From: a virus
Virus record (IMG/VR): IMGVR_UViG_3300048854_000232
Location: 128,618-192,617 of that record
Length of the DNA stretch: 64,000 nucleotides
Strand: one strand, 5' to 3'
Shown: piece by piece, positions 19,026 through 26,245 of the stretch
Numbering within the stretch: position 1 is the first letter of the stretch
Layout: every line of letters starts with the position of its first letter
Position numbers and translations under genes: made by a program
Notes under the pieces: model-generated
The model's input: the letters and a program-made list of their open reading frames with translations, nothing else
What the model was told of the DNA's origin: nothing
Database searches by the model: none

Positions 19026-19583
19026 TTAGGCCTGGTGGTAGAAGCCGACGATGCGTTGGACTACATTATTGTCGACGATGCCAGCCAGGAGCTGACGCAT
19101 GTCCAGCTGCTTGAGCGAGTACTGACGCGTGGTCGGATCGCAGGTGGTCAGCAGCAGGTGCAGGGTCCGCTCGAAGTTCCGCCGATCGCTGGAGGGACGG
19201 AACTGGTCGGTGAAGCGGTTGACGTAGGCCTCGGAGAACACCCCCTGGCGGTTGTCGTTGACGACCTTCAGCAGACGGCCCCACAGCGCGGTGAACTCGG
19301 CGCCATCCCGGCCCATGACCCACTGCAGGGTCCGCCACAGCTGGATCTGCTGGATCGCACCGTCGGCCGGATCGATGGCCCGGCTCTTGGCCATGTTGGT
19401 CAGGTAGTTGTCCAGCCGCTCCTGCAGGGAGTTCAGGCTCATCTCGACCACGTTGGGCTTGCCGGCATCGGCCAGCGGGGTAGCCGGCAAGGGTTTCAAC
19501 GCCGCGTCGGCGGCGACCTTCTCGATCGCGCTGGTCGGCTTGGCCGCGGCCGGAGCCGGGCTCTTGGTATTAGTGTCGGACAT
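19026..19583 (-). CDS. Hypothetical protein
   Basis: Likely start MSDTNTK at 19583 with an AGGA SD. Typical codon usage, Ala/Pro-rich N-terminus. Confidence 0.7.
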   Translation of the reverse strand: MSDTNTKSPAPAAAKPTSAIEKVAADAALKPLPATPLADAGKPNVVEMSLNSLQERLDNYLTNMAKSRAIDPADGAIQQIQLWRTLQWVMGRDGAEFTALWGRLLKVVNDNRQGVFSEAYVNRFTDQFRPSSDRRNFERTLHLLLTTCDPTTRQYSLKQLDMRQLLAGIVDNNVVQRIVGFYHQA

Positions 19584-19938
19584 GGGTAATGTTCCTGGCG
19601 GTGAAGTTGCGAGCGATGCGGGGCTTGTAGCCACCGTTCAGCAGCAGGCCCTGATCCAGAAGCTCGGCCGCCATATCGCACATGGCGTTCTCGGCGTCCT
19701 GGTCAGAGGCAGCATCGAAGATCACGACCTCGATGCGCTCATGCGCTAGAGCCGGGTCCGCATCGTAAAGTTTCTGCAGCTCGGAGTTCGAATGCAGTCC
19801 GGAGTAAAGCTTACGCGGGTGGAACAACGGCATGTCGTCGAGGTTCTTGGACACGCCCACGTAACAACGCCCGGAGGCCTTGTGGGTAACGCAGTAATAG
19901 CCGGTACGCGGTTGGCGACCTTTGGAGAGGGTGGGCAT
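19570..19938 (-). CDS. Short GIY-YIG nuclease-domain protein
   Basis: TGYYCVTHKASGRCYVGVSKNL (GIY..YVG), HSNSELQKLY, terminal LLN. Start taken at MPTLSK. Confidence 0.7.
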   Translation of the reverse strand: MPTLSKGRQPRTGYYCVTHKASGRCYVGVSKNLDDMPLFHPRKLYSGLHSNSELQKLYDADPALAHERIEVVIFDAASDQDAENAMCDMAAELLDQGLLLNGGYKPRIARNFTARNITHVRH

Positions 19939-19992
19939 CGTACGGGATCCGTGAAGGTTAGACAGCACAGCATCCGCAGTGCCCGTCACGAT

Positions 19993-20838
19993 TTACGTCA
20001 CCGCCCGTCGCGCATACGGATCATCGGTCGGTCCCTTACCCCGATCCAAGAAACGATAAGTAGGAAACTTCGCACTACGCACGCGATTGAACACCGTCTT
20101 CGGCGAGATACTGAGCTGCTCCGCAGCCGCCTTAACCCCATCGTACTTGACCCCATCGATCTCAACGGGTTTAGCGTTGGGGTTACCGGCACCCTGGATA
20201 GCTTCTTTGGCGCCAGGTCGAGCCCAGCGTTCCAGACTCTGTTTTGAGACCCGCTGGCTATAAGCCGGTCCATTATCCCGCAGCCATTGCCTCCAACCTT
20301 CCACCTGACGTCGAATCACCTCTGAATGGGCCATGTGATGACTGATGGGAGAACGCGCATTCAGGACGTTATTCAAAAGCTTCTCGGGTGGGTAGATGTC
20401 CATCTCACCCTGCTCCAATTCAAAAGCTTGATCCTTCGTGGGGCAGATCACGGCGCTCCATTTCCAGTTGTCCATAACCGGGTCGTTGTTCCACAGCTCC
20501 TGCAGTTTACGACTCGGGTGTTTGTTGTTGCGCAACTGGGACAAATGTTGCGCTCGTCGATAAACGAAATACCCGGTCATTCCGACGTAAGCGCACCCCG
20601 ATGGTAAGTGCATGAACGTGTAGGCGACCCACTGTACCGTTCGCCGAGTTTTTGTGCGGCGCTCTTCCAAAGCTCGTGGCACCGGCAGCCCATCTGTGTA
20701 ATACCAATCCTTGTATTTGGATTTATTAGAAACCAGGCGACTCCAGACCAAATTTGAATCGATACCCAACACCCGAGCAGCCTCGGACATACTGGGATAG
20801 TCCTTTCCATTAATACGTACTGGGCGCATAGCAGGCAT
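19993..20838 (-). mobile_element. Free-standing GIY-YIG homing endonuclease with NUMOD1-like HTH modules at both ends
   Basis: VAYTFMHLPSGCAYVGMT..R..QH..L..NKH..LQ..WN core. PVRINGKDYPSMSEAARVLGI and PVEIDGVKYDGVKAAAEQLSI modules. Visibly lower GC than its flanks. Confidence 0.85.
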
Positions 20839-20877
20839 GACAATGGTACTCCTTTTGGGATTATACCATTGCCATGC
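20835..20877 (-). promoter_or_regulatory. Hairpin sequestering the start codon and SD of the GIY-YIG gene
   Basis: Minus strand reads GCATGGCAATGGTA-TAATCCCAAAAGGAG-TACCATTGTCATGC: a 14-bp stem (one G-U pair) containing the ATG. Confidence 0.75.
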
Positions 20878-20887
20878 ATGTATGTTT

Positions 20888-22189
20888 TTACGTTATGCGA
20901 GATTTCAGGTCGTATTTGGCAGTAACCAATGCCTTGCCATGCATACTAGCCATGAACGTCGATAAGAAGATCGAACCCACGTCGGCTGCGTACGTCGAGA
21001 TGGCCGTCGGCGTCTCCGCAATGCGCTTACCCATGCAGGTGGCGCAGAAGTTGATGCCGGGGGTCTTGCAGTAGGCAGGCGAGCGCAGCAGGACTTTCTT
21101 GTCCACGTACTGATTCACGTTCTCCTCGGTCAGTTCCACCAAGCCCGTAGGCGTGATGATCGAGCTGGAGACATAGAACGAGGCCTTGTCCTTTTCGATG
21201 ATCACCGGCAGGCCCATCTTGGTCCCGCAATCCAAGCCCTCGACCACCGTGTTCTGAAAGATACGGTAGTTGAACTTGGTCGCTTCACCACCAAGGGCAG
21301 TCTGGGCACCACGGTTGTACGAGCCGTCACGCAGGGCGTTACCCATCGCAGGGAGGTTATCGATGTCCCAGCCATCGGCCAGGGAGGTCTCGATGAACGG
21401 AGAGTCCGAGCCAAAGCCCGACTCCTTACCTTGGAACAGGAAGAGCTTCTTACGCACCACGTCGAAGGACTTGCTCTTGATGAAGAAGCCTTCGGAGGAG
21501 TCGCCCTTGATCCACGCCTTGTCCATGGCGATGAGCTCGTTACCGATCTTGGCCTGGATGACCGGATCGTGCAGCTGGTCACGGTACTCGTCCAGGAGTT
21601 CCTTCCGACGCACGGCGATGCGCGGGTCGGTGGTCATGGTCTTAGCCGAAGCCGAGGGCACACACAGCTGGGTGTAGCCGGCCAGGGAGAAGATTGCCTC
21701 GTTGTACTTGCGGTACTCATCGACGTAGATAAAACGCGGGTCGCGTTCCTTACCGTCCTTGGGGTTATCGCGCAAGCGCTGCTCGATGATCTTCTCGATG
21801 CGTCCTGGGGAGATCTTCCCTTCCATGTAATCGATCTTGTCGCCGAACGGGTAGACCAGGCACAGCTGGTTCACCAGCAGGTTACCGTAGGTCGTGGTGA
21901 TCGGCGCTTTGATGTTCGGCAGGTCGCCCACACCGACCACCACCTCCTCACGGAAATGGAACGCTGGTTCGTTGGGCAGGCAGCCTTCCAGGTACGTGAC
22001 CACCTCGTCCTGACCGATATAGACGAAAGGCTTACCTTCCTCGTTCCGGTGCAGCGCGAACGCCACGACGCCATCACCGCCGGGCCAGGGCTTGCTGTTA
22101 CGGGTGACGCTGAAGGCCTCGATGACCCAGCGCTTGTAGCGATAGGCGCCGGAAGCCAGCGCCTGGAGAAAGAAGTCGCGCTTATGCAT
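20888..22189 (-). CDS. Virion RNA polymerase beta' subunit, C-terminal part (phiKZ gp80-like)
   Basis: RpoC bridge-helix-like GSYNRGAQTALGG, DCGT, LRSPAYC..FCATCMG zinc motif, trigger-loop-like FMASMHG. Confidence 0.88.
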   Translation of the reverse strand: MHKRDFFLQALASGAYRYKRWVIEAFSVTRNSKPWPGGDGVVAFALHRNEEGKPFVYIGQDEVVTYLEGCLPNEPAFHFREEVVVGVGDLPNIKAPITTTYGNLLVNQLCLVYPFGDKIDYMEGKISPGRIEKIIEQRLRDNPKDGKERDPRFIYVDEYRKYNEAIFSLAGYTQLCVPSASAKTMTTDPRIAVRRKELLDEYRDQLHDPVIQAKIGNELIAMDKAWIKGDSSEGFFIKSKSFDVVRKKLFLFQGKESGFGSDSPFIETSLADGWDIDNLPAMGNALRDGSYNRGAQTALGGEATKFNYRIFQNTVVEGLDCGTKMGLPVIIEKDKASFYVSSSIITPTGLVELTEENVNQYVDKKVLLRSPAYCKTPGINFCATCMGKRIAETPTAISTYAADVGSIFLSTFMASMHGKALVTAKYDLKSRIT

Positions 22190-23006
22190 AAGGGAAGTCC
22201 TTCAGCGCCTTGTTGATCGCAAGGGTCAGCTGGGTGATCTGGGTCATGTCGCTAAAGAGCAGTTCCGCCTCGTGGCTCAAGGCCGCCGACATGGCTACAT
22301 CTTCCAGGTCCGAGGCGTAAGCCAGGCCCACCAGCTCGATCCCAGCCAGTTCCATGGTCAGCGTGTCCAGGCGATCGCGCCAGGGCTTGACCAGTTCATC
22401 CAGCGGCACGCCCAGGCGTCCACCTTCGGAAAGGTAGATGCTGACCGCACTGGGGACGGTACGTTTTGCCAGGAACTGGGTAACTCTTGACCGGGCACGA
22501 TCAACTTGTGCAGGATCTGCTTCCGGTTGCAACGCCTCTTCCGAATGGATTCCTTCGATCCGATCGAGGAGTTCCGGACGAACTGCCGTCAGCAGCGAAA
22601 GGTACACGTGCGACGGGAACGCACCCATCAGTTCCAGGATATCGGCCAACGCCGCTTCCACACCTTCCGGTGCCTGGCACAGACTGTAGATGGTCTCGTG
22701 GTCGTCGTAGTTCTCGATCAGCGTCAAGCCCGTCAAGATATCGGTCAGCTGGGACAAGGTGGCCTCATGGTCCACCTGCACACCGAACTCACCAATCGTC
22801 TGCATCAATACACCGCCCAAGAGGGTGTCGATCGAATGCAGGAAGATCTCCGTGTCGCCGTTCTCGGCCAACGAGATCTGTTGATCGATCTGCAGGCCGT
22901 GTTCGACCATGCCAACAGACACCAGCGCGTTGCAGGCATCCAGATACACTCTCTTGCGTTCAGGACTCACGATGAGATCCAGATACGCAGCGAAATACTC
23001 GAACAT
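22182..23006 (-). CDS. Hypothetical protein (phiKZ gp79-like position)
   Basis: Acidic helical protein overlapping the start of the vRNAP gene. Start taken at MFEYF. Confidence 0.65.
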   Translation of the reverse strand: MFEYFAAYLDLIVSPERKRVYLDACNALVSVGMVEHGLQIDQQISLAENGDTEIFLHSIDTLLGGVLMQTIGEFGVQVDHEATLSQLTDILTGLTLIENYDDHETIYSLCQAPEGVEAALADILELMGAFPSHVYLSLLTAVRPELLDRIEGIHSEEALQPEADPAQVDRARSRVTQFLAKRTVPSAVSIYLSEGGRLGVPLDELVKPWRDRLDTLTMELAGIELVGLAYASDLEDVAMSAALSHEAELLFSDMTQITQLTLAINKALKDFPYA

Positions 23007-23108
23007 AGGTGAGGTCCTCGACCAATCCGTCAATAATTACACTGGCTCTTTTCATATGAAAAGTGTCGTCTTTACCATTTTTCCGACTTTATCACGAGAG
23101 AACCCCAC

Positions 23109-23609
23109 ATGGGCAGCAAGAAACAGCAGCCGCCGCAGCAGACGGCTAACGACAATTCGTGGGAAGTCCTGCGCGAGATGCACCGCGCCCTGGTGTCCTA
23201 CGCCATGATTCCCGGTGGCTTCGTCGCCCGCCTTCGCAACCCCGAAGACCTGGCGAAAATCACCGCAGCCGGCAAGTTCCCGGACCTCATGGCCCAGATG
23301 GAAATTCTGGACCGCGATGTCCAGGAGTTCGCCAAGAACCTCGCCATCCTGCGTGAACGTCACATCACCCGCCGCGGACATGCCTACGATCAGAACGATC
23401 GCATGGTCGCCCTGCAGATCTTCGAGAGCTATCTCGAATGGGGTGCCAAGTACGAGCGCGTGATCGTGCCGATCCTGGCCGACATCATCAGCATCTACCA
23501 GACCGCCGGCCTCAAGGCTCCCGCCGAGAACATCCAGCAGGGTGAGGTCGTCGCCGCCGTCCGTGCCGCGTACGCCAACAACCTTCCACAGCTCGGAGCT
23601 GGATCGTGA
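23109..23609 (+). CDS. Hypothetical protein
   Basis: 166 aa, strong codon bias, GTGA overlap with the next gene. Confidence 0.75.
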   Translation: MGSKKQQPPQQTANDNSWEVLREMHRALVSYAMIPGGFVARLRNPEDLAKITAAGKFPDLMAQMEILDRDVQEFAKNLAILRERHITRRGHAYDQNDRMVALQIFESYLEWGAKYERVIVPILADIISIYQTAGLKAPAENIQQGEVVAAVRAAYANNLPQLGAGS

Positions 23610-25198
23610 CCGAAGAAACCATTGATCAGGTCCCGACCTCGGGTACCGACGACGTACCGGCCAGCGCCCCGCCGGTAAGCGACGAAGAAGCACCGACCGA
23701 CACCGCCGACGACGGCGACGCTTCCGAGCGTCCCGCCCACGTCTACAGCTCGAACCCGCGCGTCAACCTGACCCGCACTGTGTTCGAGAAGCTCAAGAAG
23801 GGCGAGGAGTTCAACCCCGCCGAGGCCCTGTCGCTGCTGGATGTGGATATCGAGGAGTTCAATGCTCTGGTCGATACCTACCCCAACCAGAACTTCGCCG
23901 CCTCCGAACACGGCCAGCGTTGGTTCAGCATCATCGAGCAGGCGCAGTCCTACCTGCTCCGTTCGCGCGCCCTGGCCGGTTCGCTGGCTCGGGAGAACTC
24001 GCTCTGGCAGCAGGTCATCGCCCATGGTAACGAGAAGCTCGCCGCCGGCAAGCCCAAGTTCGGCGAGAAACACGAAGGCGGCCTGCTGACCGGCGAAGCG
24101 GCGATGATGCGCATGCAGGGCCTGCTCGGTTTGGGTACGGTGGTGCGTATCCCGCTCTACCACTCCGGCCTCTGGCTCTCGATCAAGGCCCCGGGCGACA
24201 ACGCCTTCCTGGAGCTGGAGCAGAAGATCGCCAACGAGAAGCTGACCCTGGGCCGCCAGTCCAACGGTCTCATCTTCTCGAACACCTCCGTCTACACGAC
24301 CATGTACCTGCTCGACTTCATCCTCGATCACGTGTACGAGGCCTCGTTCAAGTACGACGAGGTCGGCAAGCTGAAGTCGATCATCGACATCACGGACATC
24401 CCGACGGTGCTGTGGGGCATGCTCTGCGCCACCTACCCCTCGGGCTACCAGTACCAGAAGTCCTGCGTGGTCGATCCGACCAAGTGCCAGCACATCGTCG
24501 AGGAGCTCCTGAACCTGGGCAAGCTGTCCTGGACCGACGAGCGTCGCCTGTCGACCAAGCAGCGTGTGCACATGGCCCGTCGTGGTGCCAAGTTCACCAC
24601 CCAGGAGCTGGCCGCCTACCGTGCCGAGCACGACTTCGTCGAGTTCAGCGAAGTGGAGCTCTCCCCGCACCTGATCGTGCAGTTCCGTGTGCCGACGATT
24701 GCCGAGTACCAGCAGTCCGGTTACAACTGGATCGAATCGATCGTGCGTCAGGCCGACAAGGTCTTCGCCGGGCACCTGTCCGGTAACGATCGCGACCAGT
24801 ACATCATCCAGCAGGGTCAGGTCACCGCGCTGCGTCAGTACGCGCACTGGGTCGACAAGATCATCATGGTCGATCCCGAAGAAGAGCGTGATGGCGACCA
24901 CCCGTACGGCCCCTCGGCCCGCACGGTCGTGGACCGCAGCACCCTGGAAGACCTGATCGCGCAGATGGCCGGCAACGACGGCGTGTTCAAGAACTTCTTC
25001 GAAGGCGTTGGTCGGTACATCGACAACACGACGATTTCGCTGATCGCACTGCCCAAGTACCGTTGCCCGAAGTGCGGCGGGGAAATGCCCGACGAGGAGC
25101 GTAAGCACCCGCACCTCATTCCCCTGGACATGACCAGCCTTTTTTTTACACTCATCGACCAGCGGATCAGCAAGGTCCTCTCCAAGTCAATCGCGTAA
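23606..25198 (+). CDS. phiKZ gp77-like protein; possible tail/baseplate assembly chaperone
   Basis: 530 aa with C..C and CPKCG Cys pairs. Ends PLDMTSLFFTL over a T8 run. Confidence 0.65.
   Translation: MTEETIDQVPTSGTDDVPASAPPVSDEEAPTDTADDGDASERPAHVYSSNPRVNLTRTVFEKLKKGEEFNPAEALSLLDVDIEEFNALVDTYPNQNFAASEHGQRWFSIIEQAQSYLLRSRALAGSLARENSLWQQVIAHGNEKLAAGKPKFGEKHEGGLLTGEAAMMRMQGLLGLGTVVRIPLYHSGLWLSIKAPGDNAFLELEQKIANEKLTLGRQSNGLIFSNTSVYTTMYLLDFILDHVYEASFKYDEVGKLKSIIDITDIPTVLWGMLCATYPSGYQYQKSCVVDPTKCQHIVEELLNLGKLSWTDERRLSTKQRVHMARRGAKFTTQELAAYRAEHDFVEFSEVELSPHLIVQFRVPTIAEYQQSGYNWIESIVRQADKVFAGHLSGNDRDQYIIQQGQVTALRQYAHWVDKIIMVDPEEERDGDHPYGPSARTVVDRSTLEDLIAQMAGNDGVFKNFFEGVGRYIDNTTISLIALPKYRCPKCGGEMPDEERKHPHLIPLDMTSLFFTLIDQRISKVLSKSIA
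25140..25147 (+). other. Candidate -1 frameshift slippery site (T TTT TTT)
   Basis: CTT TTT TTT ACA in frame 0. The -1 frame is open from here to 25665. Confidence 0.7.
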
Positions 25199-25665
25199 AG
25201 CTCAACGACAAAGACAGCGATGGTCACATCGAGTACAAGTCGTTCGGCCACCGCCGCTTCGGTCTGCCCTCACCGGTAGATATCCTGATGAAGCAAGTGG
25301 ATCACCTGGACAGCATCTCTGCGAAGATGCTGCTCCTGGAGAGCTACGAGACCCTGTACGGGATCTTCAATCACGACGCGGTGGCATCCAGTCCAGACCA
25401 GCCGGGGGTTCCTTCCCGGCCCCTGGCCTTGGTGGCGATGCATCCGCAGGAAAACATCCGAGGGTACAGTCGTCTGTACCAGGTTACCGCGAGGTACCTG
25501 ACCAGTGGCATCGGCGATCGATTCCACATGTCCCTGGAAGAATACCTGCGGCTGCCCACGGACTACGCTGAATACCTGCATTTCCTGGCGTCCCAGCAAA
25601 TCGTCAAAGACGGTAAGACCGCGGACACCTTGTTAAAGCAGATGAACGCCACTGGTCGAACCTAA
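25147..25665 (+). CDS. -1 frame extension of the gp77-like gene (annotated as a 125-aa ORF from ATG 25288)
   Basis: No stop codon from 25141 to 25662. Coding-like codons upstream of the ATG, and no SD before 25288. Confidence 0.7.
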   Translation, partial: YTHRPADQQGPLQVNRVKLNDKDSDGHIEYKSFGHRRFGLPSPVDILMKQVDHLDSISAKMLLLESYETLYGIFNHDAVASSPDQPGVPSRPLALVAMHPQENIRGYSRLYQVTARYLTSGIGDRFHMSLEEYLRLPTDYAEYLHFLASQQIVKDGKTADTLLKQMNATGRT

Positions 25666-25680
25666 TCGCAAGGAGGTCAC

Positions 25681-26139
25681 GTGATCGTCTATGAAGGTGC
25701 GGGAGATCTCTTCCGCTGTGGTGCGCAGACCTTGGTCTGCACCACGAACGTGATCGGTGCGATGGGGAAAGGAATTGCGAAGACGTTCAAGGAGCGTGTC
25801 CCGGGACTCTACGAGTTCTACCAGACACACTTCCCACCGATTCGACACCAGCCCGAACCGGGCCTGGTGAACAAGCTTCTGCTCTTTGACATGCCATCCG
25901 GACAACGCGTACTACTCTTTCCAACCAAAGAGCAGTGGTGGAATCCCTCCCAACTGGTGTGGATCGAGGACAATCTTCGGACCCTCGCAACACAGTACCA
26001 GACCCTGGGCATCACCTCGCTGGGCTTGCCGCCTTTGGGCTGCGGGAACGGCGGGCGGAACTATGAGAAGGAAGTTCGCCCGATGCTTTACAAATACCTG
26101 GCTGACATCCCTCTGCCAGTGAAGATCCTTCTTGGTTAA
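25681..26139 (+). CDS. Macrodomain ADP-ribose glycohydrolase (DarG/Poa1p-like)
   Basis: GDLF..TLVCTTNVIGAMGKGIAKTFK, FPTK.QW, SLGLPPLGCGNGG. AAGGAGG SD. Confidence 0.9.
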   Translation: MIVYEGAGDLFRCGAQTLVCTTNVIGAMGKGIAKTFKERVPGLYEFYQTHFPPIRHQPEPGLVNKLLLFDMPSGQRVLLFPTKEQWWNPSQLVWIEDNLRTLATQYQTLGITSLGLPPLGCGNGGRNYEKEVRPMLYKYLADIPLPVKILLG

Positions 26140-26245
26140 CCATACGCTCCCGTGGGTCCCTATGGTGGGGGCCTCACGGGGGTTTATGCCGCATAGAGAG
26201 GAGAGCCCTTGCGGGCTCTCCTCTCTTGCTTCTTTCTTTTTTGCT
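26140..26245. terminator. Two back-to-back hairpins between convergent operons
   Basis: CCATA-hairpin-TTTATGCC, directly followed by GCATA-GAGAGGAGAGCCC..GGGCTCTCCTCTC and a T-rich tract. Confidence 0.75.

Noticed and set aside
19993-20015. GIY-YIG C-terminus (YARRAVT*) as a duplicate of the RNAP end (YDLKSRIT*)
   Set aside because: Similarity is too weak, unlike the clear PVAV duplication at thyA.
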